This document shows positions 24,313 through 33,770 of a stretch of 57,561 nt of DNA, in pieces. Position numbers and translations under genes: made by a program. The notes under the pieces were generated by a model. It searched no databases. It was given only the letters and a program-made list of their open reading frames with translations, and was not told the origin of the DNA. The number at the start of each line of letters is the position of its first letter. Positions within the stretch are counted from its first letter, which is position 1. Location of the stretch: contig CP070797.1 in the NCBI GenBank assembly GCA_020343495.1, positions 78,124-135,684 on the forward strand, read 5' to 3'. The DNA is from Candidatus Omnitrophota bacterium (lineage in GTDB: Bacteria; Omnitrophota; Gorgyraeia; Duberdicusellales; 4484-171).

Positions 24313-27300
24313 TTAATTACTTACTGTAACCCAGAAAGGATTTTTCTTTAAACGCTCTCTACCATACTTCATCCCATCTTTATCAAAAGAAAAGTAACCT
24401 GTCTGGGGATGATAACCAACGATATAATACTGCATATAACTAGGCTTCAAATAACGCCCTGGTATTTCTGCACGAAATCTTCCCTGATAAGATTTACACC
24501 GCACATACCGCCACCTCAAATAAGTTTTTGTTCCATATTTAGAGAAATAACTATGTACTACGTAGAGATATCTGGGAAGCTCATTTTGACTTTGAATATT
24601 GCCTACATCAATATAAAGAGTTTCTCCTTTTTTAGCTTCTTCTACCGGTGTGTGAGTGATTTTTACTAAACTATCGTCTTGTTCTTCAATTTTATTCTTA
24701 TAGTAAAAGGATCCGTAATTACTCCATCCTCCTTTTGTGTGTACGACATAACGATATGTTAATTCTTTTTTTATTTGCTCAGGTAATTTAAAAATAATTT
24801 CTTTATCGCTCCAATTAACAATTTTTCCATAACCATAACTCCAAAAATATACTTTGCTCTGTTCATCTTGTTGTCCAAAATCACTGCCTGATATTATACA
24901 TCTTCTTACGTTAGATGTATCCTGCTTTATGGAATCAATTTTTGGACGGGATGGAATTACTGTAAATGTTTTTGGTTCACTTACCATATGAGAGAATAAC
25001 GGGTCAATAACAACTGTCACTTCATAATCTCCCCCGGGAAGTTGAGGAATTTCACATCTAATATATGTATCGCTCCAATTCCTTATATATGGAGTTTTTA
25101 CACCTGCGAACTTTACTGTACTCACACTCATCATAGCACTGCCAAAATTTTTACCATATATGGATAGATAGCAATTTTTTCCGGAGTATCCTTTAGTAGG
25201 GTTAAGACGCATAATCTGCGGGATTAAAGCTTCTTTGACTTCAAAGGTAATTGTTTTTGAAATACTGTCACCATGGCTATCTTCTGCTTTAAAAACCACA
25301 CGGTACTCTTTTCCACCATGTTCAACCTTTGGTGTCCAATTAAACTTAGCGCTGTAATAACAACCGGAATTACTATAATGCGCACCGGCTAATTCGGCGC
25401 CAATAGTATCTAATGAAACTAACTGTCCTGCGTCGATTACCTTAGCAGTTACAGTAATTTTATCTTTATCATAATCCGTAGCTGCTACCGTAAAATTCAA
25501 ATTTTGACACGCCTTCGCGGAATAACGTTGGGCAGCAATAACAGTGAAAACCGGCGCCTTATTTGCCTCTTTTACATTAATTTTAGCCATTAAAGTATTA
25601 CTCTTGGCGCCTTTACAATCAACGGCATCAAAAAGAACTTGATAACTTTTTCCCGCATGCGCGATTGTAGGTGTCCAACTGAAAAGTCCCGCTAACGCAC
25701 CAGGACGCTGCACGAATGTAGCATTGGTAATATCCTGCGGCATCGTTGCTGTTATCTCAAACGAATCTTCGTCATCATCATCACCAACAACCATAATCTC
25801 TAACAATTTACCAACTTCTATTTCCTTAACAGTAACGGGAAGTAAAACCGGCGGGGTATTAGGAATATCTTTCACATTAATTTTAACCATGAGAGTATTA
25901 CTCTTTTTCTTGGCATCATTACACTCTGTAGCCTCAAAGAAAATGTAATAACTTTTACCGGCGTGTTCGGTTTTAGGCGTCCAACTAAAAACTCCCGCAG
26001 CTCCGTCAGGGCGGCTAACAAATTTAGCATCCGTAATATCTGAAGGCATTTTCGCTGTTATAGTAAATAAATCAATATCGTCGGAACCGGAGACAATGAA
26101 CTCTAACAATTGGCCAACTTCTACTTCCTGGTCATCAACGGGATGTAAAACCGGCGCGGTATTGGGAACTGCTTCAACCCATTCTTTTTGCATTGCCGTA
26201 TACGCTAACTTAGGAACTCTGTCTGCTGTGACTACTCCGCAATGCTCTACGTTTAAAATACCATAATTTTCTTCATTTAACGCAACCCCATCTATAACCT
26301 CTCCCAATATAATACCGTCGTTATTATATAATTTATAACCGTAACATCCTGCTCTTGCCTCTGCATCAACTCCTGTTATCCAATCGGTCAATTGATCAAA
26401 ATACTCATCATAAATAAAAGGGTTGCCTACCTTCCACAGAGAATCATTAAACTCATGGATTAGGCCGCCAAGGCACCTGCTTTTTACTGCTTCTTCTCCA
26501 ACTATTTCATTCCATAATGAAAGATTTATATCAGCCTGTTTCTGCTCATCCTGATAACCTCTGACATTATCCGCTAATTTAACTGCAGTACCGTGTTTCA
26601 GCTGACAACTTTCCGTGTAAAAACTGTCCGTTCCAAACTCGCTGATAAAAACCGGCTTAGAAGTCCCTAATGTCTGCCACTGTTTTAAGAAATCAACGAT
26701 ACCTACCTTCCTATAAACATTAACGCCCCAAATATCAATATTAGGGCATTTTGATAATACAGTAGAAAAAGTATCAAACTTATCTGCTAAAACCGAACAA
26801 ACCGGATGGCTGCTATCTTCAGATTTTATATCGGCGGCTATTTTATTTACAATCTCTGCCGCTGATACTAAATCTTTATCTCCATAAAATTTTTTAATAT
26901 TCCACTCATTTGCTATTTCCCACATTAAAATTGTCGGATGATTTTTATATGCTTTTACTACTTTTAAATATCGTTCACCATTTACATCAGCTTCTAAATC
27001 TAACACAACAGTCATAATAACTTTAAGATGGGACTCTTTACACTTATCTAAAACTACTGCCATATATTCTCTGAACGCATAATCATCTTCTAAGCTACTG
27101 CCTAAATTAGCAGTAATTCTTACAGTATTAGCATTCATTTCCTCAATTAAGTAAAGGTCCCTTTCGTACTCTTCAAATATTTCGTTTCTTAACCAAAACC
27201 GCAAAACTTCACGACCGCTTACATTAGAATTTTGATAACTTTCATCAAAAAAATAACCATAATACTGTGTATTGGAAGGGTCTAACTTGCCTAAATCTTT

Positions 27301-27558
27301 CTTGACGCCTTTTATTATAGGAGGAACTCCCTTAGCCCATTGCGGCGCTCTGGTTGCCGGCGACCAATTAACACCTTTTATAGTAAAAGGCCTTTCTCCA
27401 TAAGCACTCTTAAGAATTAGGCTGCCTGAAGCGTTATCAACATACACTTCTTCTGGCTCTCCGCCATACATAAAAGACAACGAATCATCCGCTCCATAAA
27501 GACTTAAACTACCGATTAACACTAACCCGAACAGAACTAAACTTATTAACTTTTTCAT
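24313..27558 (-). CDS. Secreted multidomain protein: clan GH-A glycoside hydrolase, 3 cadherin/He_PIG-like repeats, 2 IPT/TIG-like domains and an unknown C-terminal domain
   Basis: Sec signal peptide (cleavage near LYG/ADD). TIM-barrel motifs ILMWEIANEWN (acid/base N217-E218) and PVFISEFG (nucleophile E307). Three repeats of about 100 aa span aa 466-776. The IPT-like PQIMRLNPTKGYSGKNCYLSIYGKNFG and a second copy follow. The last roughly 120 aa are unassigned. Confidence 0.85.
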   Translation of the reverse strand: MKKLISLVLFGLVLIGSLSLYGADDSLSFMYGGEPEEVYVDNASGSLILKSAYGERPFTIKGVNWSPATRAPQWAKGVPPIIKGVKKDLGKLDPSNTQYYGYFFDESYQNSNVSGREVLRFWLRNEIFEEYERDLYLIEEMNANTVRITANLGSSLEDDYAFREYMAVVLDKCKESHLKVIMTVVLDLEADVNGERYLKVVKAYKNHPTILMWEIANEWNIKKFYGDKDLVSAAEIVNKIAADIKSEDSSHPVCSVLADKFDTFSTVLSKCPNIDIWGVNVYRKVGIVDFLKQWQTLGTSKPVFISEFGTDSFYTESCQLKHGTAVKLADNVRGYQDEQKQADINLSLWNEIVGEEAVKSRCLGGLIHEFNDSLWKVGNPFIYDEYFDQLTDWITGVDAEARAGCYGYKLYNNDGIILGEVIDGVALNEENYGILNVEHCGVVTADRVPKLAYTAMQKEWVEAVPNTAPVLHPVDDQEVEVGQLLEFIVSGSDDIDLFTITAKMPSDITDAKFVSRPDGAAGVFSWTPKTEHAGKSYYIFFEATECNDAKKKSNTLMVKINVKDIPNTPPVLLPVTVKEIEVGKLLEIMVVGDDDDEDSFEITATMPQDITNATFVQRPGALAGLFSWTPTIAHAGKSYQVLFDAVDCKGAKSNTLMAKINVKEANKAPVFTVIAAQRYSAKACQNLNFTVAATDYDKDKITVTAKVIDAGQLVSLDTIGAELAGAHYSNSGCYYSAKFNWTPKVEHGGKEYRVVFKAEDSHGDSISKTITFEVKEALIPQIMRLNPTKGYSGKNCYLSIYGKNFGSAMMSVSTVKFAGVKTPYIRNWSDTYIRCEIPQLPGGDYEVTVVIDPLFSHMVSEPKTFTVIPSRPKIDSIKQDTSNVRRCIISGSDFGQQDEQSKVYFWSYGYGKIVNWSDKEIIFKLPEQIKKELTYRYVVHTKGGWSNYGSFYYKNKIEEQDDSLVKITHTPVEEAKKGETLYIDVGNIQSQNELPRYLYVVHSYFSKYGTKTYLRWRYVRCKSYQGRFRAEIPGRYLKPSYMQYYIVGYHPQTGYFSFDKDGMKYGRERLKKNPFWVTVSN
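25231..26163 (-). repeat. Three tandem in-frame repeats of about 300 bp encoding cadherin-like domains
   Basis: Repeats 1 and 2 (aa 466-566 and 567-666) are visibly similar at both DNA and protein level (e.g. FSWTPKTEHAGKSYYIFFEA vs FSWTPTIAHAGKSYQVLFDA; NTLMVKINVK vs NTLMAKINVK). Repeat 3 is more diverged (FNWTPKVEHGGKEYRVVFKA). Confidence 0.85.
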
Positions 27559-27688
27559 CTTAAATCCTCCTCAAAATTATGGATTTCCCTTATAATTTTA
27601 TGTGGGGTTACCTCTTGTATATATGTAACTCCTTGATAATGAAAGACTTAGAAAGAATACCGTTGGGGAATATATAATAAATTTAGTA

Positions 27689-27717
27689 AATATACCACAT
27701 TTCCCCGAAAAAAGCAA
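27689..27717 (-). promoter_or_regulatory. Candidate extended -10 promoter for the 1081-aa gene
   Basis: Minus strand reads TTGCTT (27712-27717), a 17-nt spacer ending TGg, then TATATT (27689-27694). This implies a leader of about 125 nt. Confidence 0.45.
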
Positions 27718-27752
27718 ATAAATTTTTAAAAGATCACCAGTAAGAAAAAGCC

Positions 27753-28892
27753 CTAAAAAGAGGTATAAATCCGGGGGATTTTCAAAGAAAGACGGCTTAC
27801 AATTTCATAGGGAATGGTCTTTGCCCAGCTAGCTAAATCACAAGCGCTGATTTTATGGCTGGCTTCTTTACCAATCAAGATAACTTCATCGCCTGCCTTA
27901 ATATCTTCTCTGTCTCCTATATCCACCATAATATGGTCCATACACACTCTGCCTGCTAATTTAAATACCTTCCCCCTTATAATAACTTTTGCGTTGTTTG
28001 ACAATGCCCAGGGGTAGCCGTCAGCATAGCCAACAGATACTGTGGCTATACGGGTGGGTTTTTTAGCGATAAAAGTGCGGCCGTAACTGACGCTCATTCC
28101 TTTTTCTATTCTTTTAATAAACACAATTTTAGATTTTAAAGAAAGCACAGGTTCAACATTTAAGTTTATATCTCGGCAAGGTTTAACGCCATAAAGGATA
28201 AGGCCGGGCCTGGCCATATTGAAATGAGAGTTTTTATAATTTGTGATTGCTGCGCTGTTAGCGCAATGGTGATACTTAAACCGGATATTTTCTTTTTTAA
28301 ACCGGATAATAAATTTATTAAAAACATCTATCTGGTAACCGGTAAACTCTGGATCGCTGTCAGCAACGGGAAAATGCGTGTAAAGGCCTTCCAGCAAAAG
28401 GTTATCTAACTTCTTAATTTCACTAATGAATTTATAGGCGTCTTTATAATAGGCGCCCAAGCGGCCCATTCCCGTATCAATTTTTACGTGAATTGGCATG
28501 GTAAGATTTCTTTTGTTAGCTTGCTTATTTAATTCTTTAGCAAACCGCATAGCGACAACCGTGGGTGTTATTTTATGGTCAATAAAACAATCCACAAACT
28601 CCGGCATCACTGCCGTAAGCACAAGAATATCTGCATCTATTGCCTCATCTCTTAAGCTGAGCGCTTCTTCAACACTGCCCACACCGAAGAAATCAATACC
28701 TTCTCTGGATAACTCTCTGGTTACAGGTATTAACCCATGGCCGTAAGCAGACTGTTTAACTGTGGCTATTATTTTGGTCTTAGACCCGAGAAAACGTTTA
28801 ATCTTTTGCGCGTTTTTCCTTAACGCCGCTAAATCCACCTCAATATGCAACGGCCGGTATATCTTGCTCATTTCTTTATCCTTATCTGACAA
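27753..28892 (-). CDS. alr: Alanine racemase
   Basis: PLP-Lys motif ATVKQSAYGHG. The C-terminal beta domain carries VSVGYADGYPW and the MDHIMVD pattern. Confidence 0.9.
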   Translation of the reverse strand: MSDKDKEMSKIYRPLHIEVDLAALRKNAQKIKRFLGSKTKIIATVKQSAYGHGLIPVTRELSREGIDFFGVGSVEEALSLRDEAIDADILVLTAVMPEFVDCFIDHKITPTVVAMRFAKELNKQANKRNLTMPIHVKIDTGMGRLGAYYKDAYKFISEIKKLDNLLLEGLYTHFPVADSDPEFTGYQIDVFNKFIIRFKKENIRFKYHHCANSAAITNYKNSHFNMARPGLILYGVKPCRDINLNVEPVLSLKSKIVFIKRIEKGMSVSYGRTFIAKKPTRIATVSVGYADGYPWALSNNAKVIIRGKVFKLAGRVCMDHIMVDIGDREDIKAGDEVILIGKEASHKISACDLASWAKTIPYEIVSRLSLKIPRIYTSF

Positions 28893-29536
28893 GTTTTAGG
28901 ATGTAAATACAAAGGCACTAACTTATCCAGTGCCGTAAATTTTCCCTTAACGTAATAATCTTTAGCCAGCTCTAACAAATACCCTGCCCTGGGCCAGGTT
29001 TGCCTATTACAGAACTTTATTGCCGGATAAGCCTCTAACACTTTTCTTTTTAAATGCTCCTCGTAACTAACAAAAAAGTAATCTTTCCTCCTCCTAACGA
29101 AACTCTCCAAATCAACTAACTCTTCTCTGCCCTCTATCTTTAGAACGTCTTTGTTTACTTTAAACGAAGCCGCATAAATCAATCCGCGCCGGGCATCGCC
29201 AATAACCGCTATTTTCTTATGCTTTTTTCTGTAAGGATAAGCCATTGAGAAAAAGCTCCCTACTTTTATTACGGGTTTATCCAAAGATAAACTAAAAGCT
29301 TTGACAATACTAAAAGATATCCTTAACCCCGTAAACGACCCCGGGCCGGCGCCAACAACAAAAGCATCTATTTTCCTTAAATCCAGAGAAGTTTTCTTAA
29401 CATACTTTTCTATAACCGGCATGACTTTTGATGCCCCGAACTTAATCCTGCGGTTAAAATCAACCGCCAGCCTGCCTTTTCTTATTATACCTAAAGAAAC
29501 GTTGTCTGAGGAAGTATCAATTCCTAACAAATTCAT
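28868..29536 (-). CDS. tsaB: tRNA t6A37 biosynthesis protein TsaB
   Basis: LGIDTSSD N-terminus, GPGSFTGLRI motif, 222 aa. It is adjacent to tsaE. Confidence 0.85.
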   Translation of the reverse strand: MNLLGIDTSSDNVSLGIIRKGRLAVDFNRRIKFGASKVMPVIEKYVKKTSLDLRKIDAFVVGAGPGSFTGLRISFSIVKAFSLSLDKPVIKVGSFFSMAYPYRKKHKKIAVIGDARRGLIYAASFKVNKDVLKIEGREELVDLESFVRRRKDYFFVSYEEHLKRKVLEAYPAIKFCNRQTWPRAGYLLELAKDYYVKGKFTALDKLVPLYLHPKTCQIRIKK

Positions 29537-29990
29537 ATTTTTCCTTTAACGGCTTCAATTTATCTCTATTATACCCTTTAGACGATACTGCTATCTTGCG
29601 GCTGGTTTCCTTAACAAAAGAAAACTTCAGTTTTAAATAACGGGAAAGGCTGGTTTCAATTTTTTCTCCCCACTCAATTAAAAAACAATTGCCGGGCTTA
29701 TAAATATAATCTTCTATGCCTAAATCAAACATATCATCACCTTTTGATAGGCGGTATAAGTCTATATGGTACAAAATTAAACCCTTAACTTTATATCGGC
29801 GCACTAACGTAAATGAAGGGCTTAATGCTCTATGTTTATAGCCAAACCCTCCTAAAACCCCTCTTACAAAAGTGGTTTTACCGCCTCCCAAATCTCCTTC
29901 CAGAAGGATAACGTCTGCTCCCTTTATAAGTTTAGCAAACCTTGCTCCTAACAAAATAGTCTCTTCTGAAGAATTAGTAGTTATTATCAT
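29517..29990 (-). CDS. tsaE: tRNA t6A37 biosynthesis ATPase TsaE
   Basis: LEGDLGGGKTTFVRG P-loop, SPSFTL and HIDLYRL motifs. Confidence 0.85.
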   Translation of the reverse strand: MIITTNSSEETILLGARFAKLIKGADVILLEGDLGGGKTTFVRGVLGGFGYKHRALSPSFTLVRRYKVKGLILYHIDLYRLSKGDDMFDLGIEDYIYKPGNCFLIEWGEKIETSLSRYLKLKFSFVKETSRKIAVSSKGYNRDKLKPLKEKYEFVRN

Positions 29991-29992
29991 GA

Positions 29993-30844
29993 TTAAAAAT
30001 GAGTATACCCTCTAAGCCTGACTTTTTCTATTCGGTTGTTCTTTTCTATTTTATACCCGAAGTTCTTTTCTTTAATTCTACCGACAAAGTAAAACTTCTT
30101 CTTAAGTTGCTCTATTCTTTCTCTCCTGTCCACGGTAAAAATCAACTCATAATCTTCCCCGCGCCAAAGGTCCTCCTCACCCCTGGTTAAGGGCAAGTTT
30201 TTATGATAAAGAAGGGCTCCCTTTTTACTCTCTTTCAAAATACGGTAAAGGTCAAGAATAAAGCCGTCAGAAATATCAATCATTGAATTTACTTTAAAAT
30301 TATTAACCAACCCTTGAGCCTCTTTTATTCTGGGTTCAAACCTAGCTGCAAACGCCCTCCTGCCCAGGGGGCCGGTAATAAAAATATAATCGCCTCCTTT
30401 TGCCCCTGCTCTTGAGACGAACTTTTTAGCTTCACCCACTCCCCATACATCTAAAAACAGTTTGGAAGATTTAACCGTATCTCCTCCTACTAAAGAAAAT
30501 TTATATTTCTTACCATAAAAAAGAATGCCGCTAAGTATGTCTTCTAAATCTTTTTTTCTTAAATAAGCCGGCAAGCCTGCAGAAACTCCCACAAATTTAG
30601 GAATACCTGCGCAAGCAGCAAAATCAGAAAGAACTCTTGCCGCTGCCCGCATGCCTATAGTTTTATAACTGACTTTACCTCGCCTGAAATGCACTCCTTC
30701 CACGAACAAATCGCTTTTTAACAAAACTTTATTTTTACCTACTAAAACCTGGGCGCAGTCATCACCGATACCGACAATTACGCCTTTTCTTTTAGCGGCT
30801 CTTTGCTTCAATAAATCTACCCAGCGCAACTCATCTAACTTCAT
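29993..30844 (-). CDS. thiL: Thiamine-monophosphate kinase
   Basis: AIR-synthase-like fold with IGDDCAQV and the DISDGF motif. Length 283 aa. Confidence 0.85.
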   Translation of the reverse strand: MKLDELRWVDLLKQRAAKRKGVIVGIGDDCAQVLVGKNKVLLKSDLFVEGVHFRRGKVSYKTIGMRAAARVLSDFAACAGIPKFVGVSAGLPAYLRKKDLEDILSGILFYGKKYKFSLVGGDTVKSSKLFLDVWGVGEAKKFVSRAGAKGGDYIFITGPLGRRAFAARFEPRIKEAQGLVNNFKVNSMIDISDGFILDLYRILKESKKGALLYHKNLPLTRGEEDLWRGEDYELIFTVDRRERIEQLKKKFYFVGRIKEKNFGYKIEKNNRIEKVRLRGYTHF

Positions 30845-30849
30845 AATTT

Positions 30850-31884
30850 TTAACTCTTGATTGTTTTCACTATATTTTTCTTAAACGGCGGATAAATTAT
30901 TCCTTTATCCGTAACTATCGCTGTTATTAACTTATTAGGCGTAACGTCAAACGCCGGGTTAGCCGTTGAAATATCCTGCGGGGCAATGACAAGCTTATTT
31001 AAAACCGTGCGCACTTCGTTATCAGCTCTTTCCTCAATGGGAATCTGCTCCCCGCTCTCTAAAGCTAAATCAAACGTGCTAAAAGGCGCTACCACGTAAA
31101 AAGGCAATTTATGGTATCTTGCTATAACCGCCAAGTTATAGGTGCCGATTTTATTTGCCGCATCGCCGTTAGAAGCAATCCTGTCTGCACCGACAAAAAT
31201 CTTGTCAATATTACCTTTCTGCATAAGGTAGGCTGCCATGCTATCGCAAATTAACGTAGTAGGGACTTTATTCTTCTGCAGCTCCCAGGCAGTGAGGCGG
31301 GCGCCCTGCAGCAGAGGCCTTGTCTCGTCAGCATAAACTTTTATATCTTTATAAACCTTATGGGCTTTATAAATAACGGCAACAGCAGTGCCGTCGCCGC
31401 CGGTTGCTAAGGAGCCGGCGTTACAGTGAGTCAAAATCCTGTCGCCTTTCTTAACCAGCTTTACGCCAAACTCTGCCATTTTCCGGCACAACTCTAAATC
31501 TTGCTTATGTATGGCAACAGCCTCTCTTAAAATCATCCTTTTTATTTCAGATAAAGGTTTCTCTCTATTATCAAAAACCACTCTTTCTAACCGGTCTAGG
31601 GCCCAGAACAAATTAACTGCCGTGGGACGCGATTGTTTAAGATACCGCACTCCCTTCTTAAACTGCCGCAGGAACTGCTCCTTATGATGAGAAAAATTCG
31701 CCAATGCCTGCGCCATACAGTAAGCAGCAAACACTCCTATCAAAGGAGCTCCTCTTACCCTTAACTGCTTTATTGCCGTGAAACCCTCCCTTAAATTCTT
31801 ACATTGGCGCCAGACTTCCTTTGAGGGAAGCTGGGTCTGGTCAAGATAAAACAGACAATTATTCTTAAATTTTATGGCATTCAT
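30850..31884 (-). CDS. mtnA: S-methyl-5-thioribose-1-phosphate isomerase (eIF-2B family)
   Basis: VRGAPLIG, THCNAGSLATGGDGTA and GADRIASNGDAANKIGTY motifs. Start is ATG 31884 (MNAIKF) with an AGGGGGA SD. It overlaps the upstream gene by 20 nt. Confidence 0.85.
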   Translation of the reverse strand: MNAIKFKNNCLFYLDQTQLPSKEVWRQCKNLREGFTAIKQLRVRGAPLIGVFAAYCMAQALANFSHHKEQFLRQFKKGVRYLKQSRPTAVNLFWALDRLERVVFDNREKPLSEIKRMILREAVAIHKQDLELCRKMAEFGVKLVKKGDRILTHCNAGSLATGGDGTAVAVIYKAHKVYKDIKVYADETRPLLQGARLTAWELQKNKVPTTLICDSMAAYLMQKGNIDKIFVGADRIASNGDAANKIGTYNLAVIARYHKLPFYVVAPFSTFDLALESGEQIPIEERADNEVRTVLNKLVIAPQDISTANPAFDVTPNKLITAIVTDKGIIYPPFKKNIVKTIKS

Positions 31885-33019
31885 TCTTCCCCCTTTTTTC
31901 TTTCTGCAGCAAATCTGCAATTTTCAAGAGAATACTTTTTTTTAGGTCTATCGCGCCGAACCGGCACATTTCACTACAACACATACACATAATACACTTC
32001 TTATAATCAATTACAACCTTACTTTCTTGCATGCTTATGGCACCTTTAGGGCAAACTTTTATGCAGAGGCGGCATTGTTTACATTTCTTAGGGTTAACTA
32101 CCGGCTTAAATTTCAGAAACAACTTTAATAATGGCGACATAAAAGAAGGCATATAGTTTAAAATAAAAGGATGAGGAAACTTAAAATCGGTAAATTTAAC
32201 ATCGGGTATCTCTGATATTACCTGCAACTGCTCTTGGTCAATTAACCCTGACTCTTTAGCTTTCTTTATTAAGGGGTTTAAGTGAGGGGCTAAATTGAGA
32301 AGTCTACCTATCACGTAATCAGTATATAAAGCATCGTCGCCTATTACAATAACGCCTAACTTTTTTGGTTTGCCCGTCTTTGCCGGGCCCTGACCTTCCA
32401 ACGCCACAATCCCGTCAACAATGTTTAAAGACGGTGTTATCAGTTTATATAACTTTACTATAATGTCACTAAATTTTTCTGTAGTAGGGTAAAGGCAGTG
32501 CAACCGGCTCTTATAAAGGCCGCTGATACAGCCGTATAAGTTTTTTACGGCGGCAGTTAAAACCATTATTTCGTGAGTTTTTAACTTGGGCATATTTATC
32601 ATTTTAAACTTTTCTGCTGCTGACGCCCACCAGGATAAAGGAAACTCCCCACAAAGAACGCTTTCTTTAGGATAAAGAAGTTCAAACCCTGCTGTTTGAG
32701 AGACTCGCCTAACGCCGGTTGCCTCATAAACTGAATCTACGTCTTTATAACTGCTAAACCCGCCGGGGCTGTCAGCGATAAACACGCTAAATCCCAATTC
32801 TTTGAAAATCCGGCCTACTGCCTCAATAACAGCCGGGTGAGTAGCTATTGCCTCATCCGGAGCCGCCGGCATAAGAAGGTTCGGTTTAAGAAGAATTTTA
32901 TCGCCGATAGAAAAAAGGGTATCAAAAGAAAAATGGCTAAACATAGCGTTCTTAACTTTATCTTTTATAACATCAACATCATACTCATCAATCTTTAGGA
33001 CCACTACTTTTTTCTTCAT
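31865..33019 (-). CDS. DUF362-like protein fused to a 2x[4Fe-4S] ferredoxin domain
   Basis: ILLKPNLL segment typical of DUF362. The C-terminal CKQCRLCIKVCP and CIMCMCCSEMC are classic CxxCxxCxxxC(P) motifs. Confidence 0.7.
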   Translation of the reverse strand: MKKKVVVLKIDEYDVDVIKDKVKNAMFSHFSFDTLFSIGDKILLKPNLLMPAAPDEAIATHPAVIEAVGRIFKELGFSVFIADSPGGFSSYKDVDSVYEATGVRRVSQTAGFELLYPKESVLCGEFPLSWWASAAEKFKMINMPKLKTHEIMVLTAAVKNLYGCISGLYKSRLHCLYPTTEKFSDIIVKLYKLITPSLNIVDGIVALEGQGPAKTGKPKKLGVIVIGDDALYTDYVIGRLLNLAPHLNPLIKKAKESGLIDQEQLQVISEIPDVKFTDFKFPHPFILNYMPSFMSPLLKLFLKFKPVVNPKKCKQCRLCIKVCPKGAISMQESKVVIDYKKCIMCMCCSEMCRFGAIDLKKSILLKIADLLQKEKRGKNECHKI

Positions 33020-33020
33020 C

Positions 33021-33770
33021 TTAAGTTAACTTAAAAATTCTCTGCGCGTTAGAATAAAGCGCCTCTTCTAACGCGCTTTCTTCTATATTCTTTATAGCGG
33101 CGGCTGCCCTGTACACCTGCCTGATATCCAAAGGAGTTGACGGTCTTGCTCCCGCCTTCATATAAGGAGAGTCTGTTTCAAGAAGCAAATTCTGCAGGGG
33201 GCATTTTTTTAAAGAAGAAATGATGTCTTTTTTATTACGCAGAACGTTCAAAGAAAAAGAAACCACTCCTTCCCTTTCTAAAATCTTATCTAAAAAATCT
33301 TCTCCGTAAGAAAAACAGTGAAAAACTACTCCTTGGTAAGAGGGGAAAAACTCATCCAGTATATCTAAAATTCTATACCCCTGCAACCGGTTATGAATCA
33401 TTACCGGCACACCTTTACTGCAAGCTAACTTGATAAACTCCCTTAAAATCGGCTCCTGCGCATCTTGAGGGCTCCTGGCATGGCAATCCAAGCCGACCTC
33501 TCCCACCGCTACTACTTTTTTGTTTCTATCAATCAACTCTCCATACTTCTTTACTACATCCAGAGAGTAATCCTGGACAGAAAAAGGGTGAAACCCTACT
33601 GCCGCATAAATAAAAGGATATTTATTGGCAAGAGCTACTGAGCCTTGCGCATCTTTATAGTCAATACTGGAATTTAAACAAATTATGTCCGTGGCTTGAG
33701 CAGAAGAAATCACTCTTTCTCTATCTGTTCCCGATAAAGAATTAAGATGGCAGTGAGAATCAATCAACAT
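33021..33770 (-). CDS. tatD: TatD-family metal-dependent hydrolase
   Basis: IDSHCHL, GEVGLD, HNR and ETDSPY motifs. Confidence 0.9.
   Translation of the reverse strand: MLIDSHCHLNSLSGTDRERVISSAQATDIICLNSSIDYKDAQGSVALANKYPFIYAAVGFHPFSVQDYSLDVVKKYGELIDRNKKVVAVGEVGLDCHARSPQDAQEPILREFIKLACSKGVPVMIHNRLQGYRILDILDEFFPSYQGVVFHCFSYGEDFLDKILEREGVVSFSLNVLRNKKDIISSLKKCPLQNLLLETDSPYMKAGARPSTPLDIRQVYRAAAAIKNIEESALEEALYSNAQRIFKLT

Noticed and set aside
27562-27586. Hairpin AAAUCC-13nt-GGAUUU overlapping the GAGGAGGA Shine-Dalgarno of the 1081-aa gene, a possible translational control element.
   Set aside because: The stem is 6 bp, AU-rich, with a 13-nt loop, so its predicted stability is marginal. It is indistinguishable from chance in AT-rich DNA without conservation data.
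24276-27612. An identical 9-bp direct repeat GGGGTTACC flanks the 1081-aa gene (24276-24284 and 27604-27612), which could be a target-site duplication marking an insertion.
   Set aside because: A shared 9-mer between two flanks of about 150 nt has roughly a 1 in 10 chance expectation. There are no terminal inverted repeats, no transposase or integrase, and the predicted promoter lies outside the repeats. It is worth a synteny check but is not evidence of mobility on its own.
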